From the NCBI GenBank assembly GCA_951406725.2, contig OX597823.1, forward strand, positions 43,710,001 to 43,774,000: a stretch of 64,000 nucleotides of DNA. Direction: 5' to 3'. The position numbers and the translations under genes are program-made. This document shows positions 27,761 through 39,569 of the stretch, one piece after another. The stretch is from Octopus vulgaris. Taxonomy: Eukaryota. Below the pieces are notes generated by a model. It had not been told where the DNA came from. It did not search any database and was given only the letters and a program-made list of their open reading frames with translations. Position 1 is the first letter of the stretch. Every line of letters starts with the position of its first letter.

Positions 27761-27808
27761 GTCTTACAGCTGTTTCAGGAAAATAAATTACATCCCATCA
27801 TCAGAGAC
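27761..27808 (-). ncRNA. Type I hammerhead ribozyme motif, near intact
   Basis: GTCT-CTGATGA-T GGGA..TTCC T-GAAA-CAGCTG-TA-AGAC: stem I GTCT/AGAC, palindromic ACAGCTGT stem III, GUA site. Confidence 0.82.
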
Positions 27809-28250
27809 GAGTTAAAAGAGCTGCAATAGAAGGAATTAGTCAAGTTCATGTTTTTAGGAGTTATTCTGGAAAGGGAAAGTTATACAAGAAATTAGATATA
27901 ATGCTGAAAGTATAGAAGGAAAATAAAAATATATGTTGAATGTTAAAGTTGCTGCTCTGTTATCCAAGAAATGTGATGTGTAAAGGGGCTTCTTGTCTAT
28001 GATGTGTAAAGTTCGATAAGAATTCATATGTTGTTATTTCTAATGGATATCTGGCCATTATCCATTTGAACACAACAAATTTCTTGGATAACGGAACAGC
28101 AAATTTAACATCCAGCATGTAATTTTATTATATTTTCCTTCTATAATTTCTGCATTATATCTAATTTCCTGTATATCTATCCCTTTCCAGAATAACATCT
28201 AAAGAAAAATTAACTCTACTAATTCCTTCTTATTGAAGCTCATTTCACTC

Positions 28251-28298
28251 AATTCTGATGATAGGATATCATTTATTTCCCTGAAACAGTTGTAAGAC
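28251..28298 (+). ncRNA. Type I hammerhead ribozyme motif, stem I decayed
   Basis: AATT-CTGATGA-TAGGATA..TTTCCCT-GAAA-CAGTTG-TA-AGAC; homologue of the motif at 27761. Confidence 0.7.
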
Positions 28299-28502
28299 CA
28301 CGTTTCTATTTATAACGTTCTAGGAATATCACATTGCCTTGCCCTTGTTATCTCATTTTATTTAACATATACACGCTCACACACAACCAGCCTTAGAATC
28401 TACACTCATGCTATTATTGAACTGGGAGCTTAACAGCGGTCCATCCTTACATAGCCTTACCCTGCCCGCCTTTTGGATCTTCTGGATGACAAAACCTCTC
28501 TC

Positions 28503-28561
<59 letters not shown>

Positions 28562-28608
28562 TTGGTTTGCAAGATTGTTTATGTGAGTACGTGTGCTGCA
28601 GCATATTA

Positions 28609-28837
28609 TGTTGTATCTGGGGAGAGTCATTCTCTTTTGGTGCCTTATAATTTAATAAACACGCCGGTAAAATTTCGACTAATTTTTTTTTTATTTTTCT
28701 AAAATGCTCGTTGAGTTTTGCCACCTTTTCAATAGTTTTGAAACTCAAAACAATTGAAAAGGTTGCTAGATGCTTTTCCCGGTAAGTGTGTTAAATTACA
28801 AGGCACCAAAAGAGACCGGCTCTCCCCAGACACAACA
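28609..28837. mobile_element. Palindromic MITE-like/fold-back element
   Basis: TGTTGTATCTGGGGAGAG..TCTCTTTTGGTGCCTT pairs with AAGGCACCAAAAGAGA..CTCTCCCCAGACACAACA; central hairpin CCTTTTCAATAGTTTTG / CAAAACAATTGAAAAGG. Confidence 0.8.
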
Positions 28838-28854
28838 GCATATATATATATATA

Positions 28855-30190
28855 TGATGGAACAAAAACGCAATAGAGGACAATAAAACATCCGGACATA
28901 TAGACGATACAAAGGCGGATAGGAAACACAACATTTAGAGGGATAAGAAAAAAACGAATGATTAATTGTGGACTTCTTTCGAAAGTCTAACTACCTGACG
29001 CTCTTACAGTTTCGAGCAGTTACATTTGATATGGTTGCCCTCCCCCCCCAAAAAAAACAAAATTTAAACCTAAGAGCATTAGATTTTTGTAAGAAAGCTA
29101 GCGAATATGTACAACAAAGACAAAAACGGAGAACATGGTAGACAATTACAAATACAAACAAGAATATAACAACAAGTGTCTTTCGACTGAGGACGAATTA
29201 AATTGAGCTGGCGTGTATGAAGTGAGACTTTTCAATCTGGTTGACCCCAATAAAATATAAGCGAAGAACATTAAATTTTTGTAAGAAAACCAGTGAATGT
29301 ATATGACAACAAAGAAAAAACGGAGAATATGAGGATATGGTACACAATTACACATACAAAAAACAAGAATATAACAACAGGTGTTTTTCGACTGAGAACA
29401 AATCAAATTAAGCTGGTGTGTATAAAGTGAAAGCCCTCGAACAGTCTCAAGCGTAACTGCCCGAAATTGTAAAGCATCTGGTAACTTGACTGACGAACGA
29501 TGGCCACGAATAACACACCCTTTTTTCCTGTCCTAATTGTTGTATTTCCTGTTCACCTTTCTATCGTCTATCTGTCCAGATGTTTTTTTGTCCTCTATTG
29601 CATTTTTGCTCCATTTTTTCGTATTTTCTTTTTCTCGCTCTCCCTCTCTCATATTTCTTGACACTCTCTTTAACTCCCACTTTTCTCCTCTTTGCCTTTT
29701 CCTTTGTCTCTTTGATTTTTAAAATTCTTCAGTCCCGCTGCTCACTATCCTTCTCACCTAATCATTCTTTATTGGCCTGACTGCTGACCACTAACACCTC
29801 TTATGTCCATCTCCTATGTTCTTGCCTTGAGGTTTTCACTTTATACACGTCAGCTTAATTTGATTCGTCCTCAGTCAAAATACACCTGTTGTTATATTCT
29901 TGTTGTCTGTATTTGTAATTGTGTACCATGTTCTCCGTTTTTTGTCTTTGTTGGCGTACACATTTGCCAGTTTCCTTACAAGAAATCTAATGCTCTTAGC
30001 TTAGAAGTTTTGTAGGGCAACCAGATCGAACAGTCTCAAGTTTAACTGGCCGAAACTGTAAGGATATTTGTTAACTTTACTGAAGAAAGAAGGCCAAGAA
30101 TCACTCGTCCTTTTTTCCTATCCGTCTAATTCTTCGTTTTCCTATCCGCCTTTGTATCGTCTACCTGTCCGGATGTTTTGTTGTCATCTC
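28855..30190. mobile_element. Scrambled cluster of direct and inverted pLTR-like fragments
   Basis: 29065-29230 and 29265-29435 are direct copies; 29830-30000 is their reverse complement; 28860-28930 is inverted relative to 29560-29615 and 30135-30185. Three ACTG..C-GAAA(C/T)TGTAA half-HHR motifs occur. Confidence 0.7.
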
Positions 30191-30202
30191 TCTCTCTCTC
30201 AG

Positions 30203-30256
<54 letters not shown>

Positions 30257-30666
30257 GATGTATATATATATATATATGTATATGTATATGTATATGTATG
30301 TATGTATATATATATATATATACGTATCTATGTATGTATCTATGAATTTATGTATGTATGTATACATATATGTATGTATGAATGTGTACATATATGTACG
30401 AATGCATGTATGTATTTATGTATTATACACAAGTGAATGGACAAGGGAAAGAAAGTGGTACTCTATACATTTAGTAAAATTTACATATATTATTATTATT
30501 ATAAGCTTCAAATTTTGGCACAAGGCCAGCAATTTCAGGGTAAGTGGTTAGTCGATTTTCATTTTTATTTTTACATTCAATTTCCTATTTACTTATATAA
30601 TCCTTATTTGCTTCCTTTTCCTCATATTGAATTCTAATATTTCCCTCTATTTAAACATCTCACATC

Positions 30667-30714
30667 GTCTCTGATGAAGCGATATCCCTAACGTCGCAGA
30701 AACAGCTGGAAAAC
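30667..30714 (+). ncRNA. Hammerhead ribozyme motif with mutated cleavage triplet, in a pLTR fragment (~30560-30782)
   Basis: GTCT-CTGATGA-A GCGAT..GTCGC A-GAAA-CAGCTG-GA-AAAC; the downstream tail ..TCTCATTTTGTTTAACAT matches 28350-28368. Confidence 0.72.
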
Positions 30715-31850
30715 TTTCTCTTTATAAATGTCCTGAAAATTCCACACAGACTTGGCTTTGTTGTCTCATTTTGTTTAACATGTTTGTGTGTGTGTGTGTG
30801 GTTAGTTGATCATATATCAGAACACAAAGCATACTCTAAAAGTTAGAACTGTAGTGTATTTACATGAAGTTAAATCTATGTCCAGTTATAGAGTTCCTAA
30901 AAATTTCACATCCGTAAAACACTTAGCTATATAGATGACTCATCAAACTTAAATGGCCACCGACATATAGCCTCTCAATAAATTGGAGGTAGAAAATTTG
31001 TAAACAACATCGACGATAGCTCCAAAAGCAGCAGCGACAAAAAGTTTCAGAGCCAACGGAAGACATACTAGCGGCGAGAACACAACCAGCACTCAAGCTC
31101 AATTTCTGAGATACATAAGGTAGACCGGAAATGCCTTTAAGATATATATGCAAACATACATTCATACATACATACATACATACATACATACATACATACA
31201 TACATACATACATACATACATACATACATACATGCATATTCATATTTGGTCACATGGATATGAAATATACTTGTATTAGGATATAATTCATATATTATCT
31301 CCTAATACTATGTGTATACACACATATAATTTGTGATGTTCGCGTTGTACGTGTGTGTGTTTATTTGTTTGCTTGTTTTTGAGTGTGTGTGTGTGTGTTA
31401 CAGAAAATAAAAAATCTTTTAAAAGTGAATGAGAAAGAAATATAACAACATATGAAAAAAGATTGATTGTAAGTAAAAGAGAGAGGGGGTGATAAAGAAG
31501 AAGAAAAGAGAAATATAGAGCGAGAGGGGAGAAAGAAGGAAAGCGGGGAGGAGGAGGAAGGTGAGAGAGAATTGGCGTTGGTGTCGGTTGGGCTCGAGAA
31601 TGAAGAATATTGGAGAGAAAGCAGAAATGTATCGGATGTATAAGGAAGAAGCAAAGAGGTGACCCAATGAAAGAAGCCAGAGGGAGAAGAAGGATAGCTG
31701 TAACAACAAGGTTCAATTATCGATTAATTACGTCAAACATAATCAATATAGAAACTAATGAATAATAATTAGATGGCTTGCTTTTCTGACTGTTGAAAAA
31801 TATAAACTAAAATTGATGGAATAAGTAGAGGACGTCGAAGACAAAGTGGT

Positions 31851-31931
<81 letters not shown>

Positions 31932-32024
31932 CAGCAGCAGCAGCAACAGCAACAACAATAACAGTGGTACCAACAATTGTAGTAGCACCAGCAATATGGA
32001 TATTATTGCTATAATTATTATTAT

Positions 32025-32185
32025 TTCTTCCGTCCTTTCATTCTGAGTTCAAATTCTGCTGAGGTTGACTTTGCCTTTCATCCTTTCTGGGTCGATAAAA
32101 TAAGTACCAGTTACGTACTGAAGTCGATGTAATTGACTAGTCCCCCTCGCCTCAGATTTCAGGCTTTGTGTCTTGAATATGATAA
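32025..32185 (+). mobile_element. Partial MetaSINE-like SINE
   Basis: TTCTGAGTTCAAATTC..GAGGTTGACTTTGCCTTTCATCCTTTCTGGGTCGATAAAATAAGTACCAG. Confidence 0.85.
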
Positions 32186-32225
32186 GGAGTATTATTGTTG
32201 TTGTTGTTGTTTTTGTTGTTGTTGT

Positions 32226-32281
<56 letters not shown>

Positions 32282-33600
32282 ACAAACAAATGTATAGAGA
32301 AGAACAAGATGAGATGTCGATGATGATGACCGAGAAAAGAATGATGAATAAGGAGAAGCAAGCATTATAAATAGACACATGAAACTATGTTAATTTCATC
32401 GACTGAAAGCGGGCTTCGATTCAACATGGGAGTTTCATCGATTCCACATAGCCGCCATTTAATTCTCCTTTCTCGTGTGTGTGAATTTGTGTGCCCGTGT
32501 GTTTGTGTGTGTGTGAGTGTGTATATATATGTATATATTCATGCCCATTGGTGTCTGTGTGTATGTTTGTGCGTTCCTGTGTATGCGCATACATTTTATT
32601 TATTTATATATAATTCTATATATGTTTGATTTTGTGTCTGTATATTTTTCTGTACCTGAATGCGTGTATGTCTGTATCATTGAATGTGAATATGAAAATG
32701 TGTAAGTGGATGTTAGTGGCCTAATATATGTATCTGTGTTGGTTTCTTCGTGTATATTATTTGTGTTCCTCTCTGTATGTATGCATTTTACATATTTATG
32801 TTTATTTTTACGTATTGTGTTGATGTATTTCTCTGTCTAAATGCCTGTAAGTTCGTATCAGTCTCTGCGAATGTGTGTGCGCATTTGTACGTGTATGTGT
32901 ATGTATGTATGTATGTATGTATGTATATATGTATGTATGTATATATGTATGTATGTATATATGTATGTATGTATACATATCTGTGTTTGTGTGTATGTGT
33001 ACATCATTGACAAAATTGAACACAACCGAAACATAAACGGAATTTGATTAACGTATAAAATACACGAAAACAGAGATGGTGAGTTGGTGAGAAGGGAGAG
33101 TAAGACAGAGAGAGGGAGAGTAGGAAAGGCTGAGATCGAGGCTAAGCAATCAAATACGAAAGAGCAAGATATTGTTATATGCTTATTATATCATTCGACC
33201 TTCCTACAATTCACACACACACACATACTCACACATGCGCACATTTTATCCTATTCACATTTACACGCACTCAAACGCGTATACATGCGTCCATTCATAC
33301 ACGCACACACGGACGTTAGCACACAATGGATAATAATAAGGTAGGCTTCTATACAATTTCACGGAACCAGTGAAAATGTTTCCGATGTTTTAACAATTCC
33401 CTTCAGTTCGATCTTTCTACAACTTTACAACGTATGCATGTGGTTAGTTCTATGGCAAAAGTAATTCAATTGTCTTTTAGTTAGATACGAACCTGTATTT
33501 TTCAAATTATTCGATCTCTCGTTATGCAGCGATTTTCTATATTCATCTTTGTAACAGGTTTTGTTTTTAAGTTCTTTTACATATTTTTGTATCATTCTTC

Positions 33601-33669
<69 letters not shown>

Positions 33670-33703
33670 CGATGATTATTACTACTGTTACATCTTATTA
33701 TTA

Positions 33704-33770
<67 letters not shown>

Positions 33771-34063
33771 CATTATTATTATTATTATATTCATTCATTT
33801 ATTTATTTTTTTTATTCACCTCTTTTTTTAGTTATTAATGTATGGGACTTTACAGTTTTTCGCATGATTTTATTCTTCTCTTGTTTCCCAACTTCTTACA
33901 TTTTTTAAATCATGTGTGTGTGCGTGTGTGTGTGTGTGTGAGTGTGTTCGTACTTATATATACACATACATACACACATGTATACATGTAAATATAAATA
34001 TACATATACATATTTAAATATGTATATACATATTCATACATACATGTGTGCGTATGTATATAC

Positions 34064-34136
<73 letters not shown>

Positions 34137-34174
34137 TGTACGTATGCCGATGATTTTGAATATATATATATATA

Positions 34175-34215
<41 letters not shown>

Positions 34216-35157
34216 ATATATATGTGTGTATGTGAGTGTGAATCTATGCAGGTATTGATGTGCTTAAGCAGATACATTGGTGCCTACTTTAAGGTGTATA
34301 TAAACATATTCTCTTAATATAGGTATAAATGTAACTCATTCTTACTTGCCATATATTGTTTCCCAATGGCGTTTGTTTTATGATCAACTATTTTCTAATT
34401 AGTTAAAGTGTATATTCATTGAATAAATGCCTCACATAACATTTATAAGGCCGATGGGCGTCTATTTATCATAGAAATATTATTCTGTTGAGGTTATTTC
34501 TACAGATATTCTATAGAAATATCTCCGAGCTATTTTAAGTTTTTTTTTTTTTCCCGAGTTAATATTTAAAGGGTAAATTTGACAAGACACTTGTTGACGC
34601 TACATCGAAGAGGCCAGGGAACAAAAGAAAGAAGAAAGAAGACATGCACTCAAAACCAGAGCTGAAGACATCTCCGAAAGGAAGGAGATCTGCCACGTCG
34701 AAATGGTAGAGGAGTAGGAGCCGAAAACGGACGTGGTTCCTCCTGATCATGTCTTGAGCTAACTGGATCCTATAAAGGAGCTGTTGTGGTAGCAGACCAC
34801 GAAACATGGTTGAAATTCCTCAGACAACTGGGCAAGGCACTTAATTTTTCGATTATATATAAATGCGTTTGCTTTGTTCAATTCTATGTTCTGATCATTT
34901 TATTTTTATTCCCTCGTAGCCGACTGCTGTTCAGTGTTAGAATTCTGCAGGAAGCTTTCATTCTTGTATCAGCTAAAGAGTCAACTAGTCGAAGAATCAT
35001 CTACATATCACAGAAGCTTGCAGAATATTATATATATGATTGTTTCCTGCAAGTGAAAATATTTGAGATTCATTTATTTTCTTTATGTTTTAAAGAGATA
35101 TTGCCTATAACACTAACTAATTTCTTAAGTATTATACAGCAAAGTATTGAATAAAGG

Positions 35158-35415
35158 ATGGAGGCGCATGGTTTAGTGGTTAGTGTATTGAAATCATGGT
35201 CGCAAGGTTGTAATTTCGATTTCTGGGCCAAGTGATGCGTTGTGATCTTGGGCAATCACTTCATTTCACGTTGTTCCAGTCCATTCACCTGGTAAAAATG
35301 AGTAATACTGCGACGGACCAGCGTCCTATCTAAATGGAGATTGTATATATACCACAGAAACCAGAAACTCGGCACTATGAGTCAAAATGACTCGGGAAAT
35401 ATCTTTATCCTTTTA
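35158..35415 (+). mobile_element. tRNA-derived SINE
   Basis: TGGAGGCGCATGGTTTAGTGGTTAG..TTTCGATTT..TCTTGGGCAATCACTTCATTTCACGTTGTTCCAGTCC; same family as 21281. Confidence 0.8.
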
Positions 35416-35525
35416 TATTGAATAAAGGTCACTTGACACAAAGTTATATTAAATTTGCGGAGTTCATACATGACTGGTTATGACGCAGACACACACAAAC
35501 ACACTCACATGCACACACACACACA

Positions 35526-35577
<52 letters not shown>

Positions 35578-35718
35578 TACACCGGTAAGGACACCGTATT
35601 TCGTTTTGCAAATAGATTATGGTTTATATGTCAATACTGTGTCTTTTGGGGGTTATCACTGCGTAAATTTAGAGCCAGCACTGAAGATAATCTTCAATAT
35701 ATATGTATGTATGTTTGT

Positions 35719-35771
<53 letters not shown>

Positions 35772-36109
35772 ACTAATAGTGTATTTTCATATTCTTCATG
35801 TTTTGCCTGTCCCCGAAGGCTAAGACATGTCTATACATTCTTGTGTTTCTTTTGTCTCAACTCAACAGTATCCATAATTTCCATAACAACAGTATCTGAT
35901 GTGCATTTACGCCCCAGACTAGTGATTCTCTCCTAAGTCTTCGAAACTGCGAAAATCCATAGACAATCTATGACAGCGTATGACAGTTTATGAGGGATAT
36001 TTATTGTTTCCTTCTGTAATCTATTCTCATTGTTTGTGTCTAATTTTAGATACACACACAAATGTACGTATATATACACATTCCTAAATATATACACATT
36101 TATATAAGA

Positions 36110-36250
36110 TTGGCCTCTTTCAGTCTCTGTTTACCAAGTCCACTCACAACGCTATAGTAGATGACAGCTACCCAAGGTGCCACGCAGTGGGACTGAACCA
36201 GGAATTATTTGGTTGGGAAGCAAGCTTCTTCCCACACAGTCACGCCTGCG

Positions 36251-36253
<3 letters not shown>
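36110..36253 (-). mobile_element. CORE-like tRNA SINE
   Basis: Minus strand GGCGCAGGCGTGACTGTGTGG..GGTTCAGTCCCACTGCGTGGCACCTTGGG..GTGAGTGGACTTGGTAAAC. Confidence 0.8.
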
Positions 36254-36304
<51 letters not shown>

Positions 36305-37114
36305 TGAAATGCGTTTTTACCGCTTGGTTCGCTTTCAATGCCACTACATCCCGTCCGATTCGCTCCAAAATTTACACGGACATGTAGAATGAGGTGACGA
36401 TGCGCCTGGGCTACCTTAGAAATCCCCATCTTAAAAGGTGTGGTTGCTAGGGGCCATCTTCCTCACTCACCCTATTTCCTCCTTTCCCTCTCTTACTCCT
36501 CTTCATAGCTTTCAGAAGTCCACTACGGTTATTTAAAGTATCTGTCACTATCGCTATTTCCTTTCTTTTTCACTGACTCTGTTTCCTACCTTCCTATCAC
36601 TTCGGCGGCGTTCTTTTAAGTATATGTCTGTCACCAACAATCAACACACGAGCATGAGAACAAATATTATGAATCAGATATTCTTGCGTTCATTCATATG
36701 TGTGTGTGTGTGTGTTCTATATATATATATATATGTGTATATATAATGTATGTGTGTGTGTGTTCTATATATAAATATGTATATATAATGTATGTGTGTG
36801 TGTGTGTTCTATATATAAATATGTATAATTTCAACAATTGAGGGTAAAATTAATTAATTATTAATCAATTTCACCAAGTATTCAGTATGCAAAGGGACCA
36901 TTTAAGGCGAATTCAAATTATTACATTATATAAAAGGGCTTAGTAAAATAAATTACTTTGCCACATACTGAACTCATTAGAAATAGTAGCTAAAAATACT
37001 TTTTTAAAACTATTTCTAATACTTAAAGAAAATCTCTCTCATATAGTGTTTGCTCAATTCAACTCACGAAAGTATGGGGGTAAAGACATTAAAAAATCAA
37101 ATGCAAAGGTTATT

Positions 37115-37166
37115 TGAGAACGTACGTTTCTAGATTAGTCAACTCGACATTTCTTTCGTCAGCTCA
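37115..37166 (-). ncRNA. Type I hammerhead ribozyme, copy 1
   Basis: TGAG-CTGACGA-A AGA AAT GTC GAGTT GAC TAA TCT A-GAAA-CGTACG-TT-CTCA: stem I TGAG/CTCA, full core, bipartite stem II, palindromic ACGTACGT stem III, GUU site. Confidence 0.82.
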
Positions 37167-37672
37167 GAACTCCTTGGTTTGGATTTGAAAACACTGAAAG
37201 TGGGAGCATACCCTTTCGGCTTCTTATCGCTTCTGAAGATCTGCTCGAACTATCAGTGCCAGCAAACTCAAAATATGCAAGCGAAGAATTTCTGCTCTCC
37301 CCTTTCCACCAGCGTGGGTTAAAATCAGTAAACACTATGCTTTTTCGGTAAAATCCGAAGCATTAAATAGAGAGAGATGAATTATAATTTCAACAATTGA
37401 GGGTAAAATTAATTAATTATTAATCAATTTCACCAAGTATTCAGTATGCAAAGGGACCATTTAAGGCGAATTCAAATCATTACATTATATAAAAGGGCTT
37501 AGTAAAATAAATTACTTTGCCACATACTGAACTCATTAGAAATAGTAGCTAAAAAACTTTTTTTAAACTATTTCTAATACTTAAAGAAAATCTCTCTCAT
37601 ATAGTGTTTGCTCAATTCAACTCACGAAAGTATGGGGGTAAAGACATTAAAAAATCAAATGCAAGGGTTATT

Positions 37673-37724
37673 TGAGAACGTACGTTTCTAGATTAGTCAA
37701 CTCGACATTTCTTTCGTCAGCTCA
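37673..37724 (-). ncRNA. Type I hammerhead ribozyme, copy 2
   Basis: Identical to 37115-37166. Confidence 0.82.
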
Positions 37725-38235
37725 GAACTCCTTGGTTTGGATTTGAAAACACTGAAAGTGGGAGCATACCTTTCGGCTTCTTATCGCTTCTGAAGATCTG
37801 CTCGAACTATCAGTGCCAGCAAACTCAAAATATGCAAGCGAAGAATTTCTGCTCTCCCCTTTCCACCAGCGTGGGTTAAAATCAGTAAACACTATGCTTT
37901 TTCGGTAAAATCCGAAGCATTAAATAGAGAGAGATGAATTATAATTTCAACAATAAATATGTATATATTTCAACAATAAATATGTATATATAATGTATGT
38001 GTGTGTGTGTGTTCTATATATAAATATGTATATATAATGTATGTGTGTGTGTGTGTTCTATATATAAATATGTATATATAATGTATATATACAAAGTGTA
38101 TTTATCTGTATTTATGTATATTAAACTTTTTCATACTTTTTCATAGTTATATATATTTTTAAACAAATTATAAATATAATTTCATAATTTTTTTTATCAA
38201 TTTAAATAATTTAAAGTTTTCAATTTTATATTTTA

Positions 38236-39355
38236 CTAGCAGTATCGCCCGGCGTTGCTCGGGTTTGTAAGGGAAATAACTATATAAGCATTTTTAGTGA
38301 GTTATAGCAAAAAAAAATAGCAAAAAATGCATTAAAGATGGAATAAAAAATGATAGTAATTCTTTTTTAAATCGTTGACTCATCGTAGACATTTTTAGAG
38401 AGTTACTTCCCTTATATAATTGCGAAAAATGCATTAAAATGGAATAAAAAAAATGATGGTAAATTTTTTTTTAATCGTTGACTCATCGTAGACATTTTTA
38501 GAGAGTTACTTCCCTTATATAATAGCGAAAATGCATTAAAATGGAATAAAAAAATGATGGTAATTTTTTTTTTAATCGTTGACTCATCGTAGACATTTTT
38601 AGAGAGTTACTTCCCTTATATAATAGCGAAAAATGCATTAAAATGGAATAAAAAATGATGGTAAATTTTTTTTAAATCGTAGACTCATCGTAGACGCGCG
38701 CTAATACCCAGAAGGGCTCGATATGAATCACGACTATAAGATACCCGGTTTTGGTTACACTGCACCGCAAAAGGTGGGAGTAGTTAGGAATCTAAATCGT
38801 AGGAGACAGACACACAACCTTACTTTTATACATAAAGATTTGTGCAACAACTAAAACATTCGGTTGTGCAAATTGTTTGCACAGGAAACCTGCCCTGTGT
38901 GGCGGTTTTTGCCGTTTGTGTGGATCTGTTTCAGCTTTTTTAGCGATTTCTGTTTTGGCGACTTCAAGCCATGAAGTCGTTGTTCTAAAAGAACGCTGGT
39001 CTCCTTCACAACGCATTACGACGTTGATTTCCTTACACTCCCTTACCCACAGCTTCACGAGGGAGGGAAGAAGGGGGGAGAAGCAACACAGGTGCAGGCG
39101 TGAGCGTGGACGCCAACTCCGCCGCCATCGACACACGAAAAAATATGCATTAAAATGGAATAAAAAATGATGTTAAATTTTTTTTTAAATCGTACACTCA
39201 TCGTAGACGCGCGCTAATACCCAGACGGGCTTGATATGAATCACGACTATAAGATACCCGAATTTGGTTAAACTGCACCGCAAAATTTGGGAGTAGTTAG
39301 GAATCTAAATCGAAGGGGACAGACACTCACACAACTACAGTTTTATATATATAGA
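38236..39355 (-). mobile_element. Non-autonomous Helitron with internal ~102-bp tandem repeats and a duplicated 5' module
   Basis: Minus strand A|TCTATATATATAAAA...ACCCGAGCAACGCCGGG hairpin..CTAG|T. Four ~102-bp units at 38325-38700; 38630-38838 duplicates 39140-39355. Confidence 0.85.
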
Positions 39356-39497
39356 TATATTTTCTATGTTATATTTTCTTTTTTTATGTTTTTGTTTTTG
39401 GTTTTTCACTGTTTGATTTGCCTATTAGTGGTTTTATCTCTAATTTAATTTATACAGATATATATCTCATTTGTATACATTTGTATATATAATGCGT

Positions 39498-39552
<55 letters not shown>

Positions 39553-39569
39553 CACATATATATATATGT

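Larger units (their letters stand above)
27697..28366. repeat. Fold-back pair of pLTR-like arms (~275-290 bp each), each with an HHR
   Basis: 27697-27972 is a diverged reverse complement of 28079-28366 (e.g. GCAATGTGATATTCCTAG / CTAGGAATATCACATTGC; TATCCAAGAAAT / ATTTCTTGGATA). Confidence 0.9.
36824..37953 (-). repeat. Near-identical tandem dimer of a ~558-bp non-coding unit, one HHR per unit (retrozyme/pLTR-like)
   Basis: The marker TATAATTTCAACAA recurs at ~36824, ~37383 and ~37940. The units differ at only a few substitutions and homopolymer indels, and the ORF track lists no ORF here. Confidence 0.93.

Noticed and set aside
34570-34830. GC-richer coding-looking segment
   Set aside because: The plus frames I read contain stops, the short minus ORF is unremarkable, and I recognise no motif.
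38325-38700. Regularly spaced repeats suggestive of CRISPR
   Set aside because: Whole ~102-bp units repeat with no unique spacers, inside a Helitron in eukaryotic DNA.
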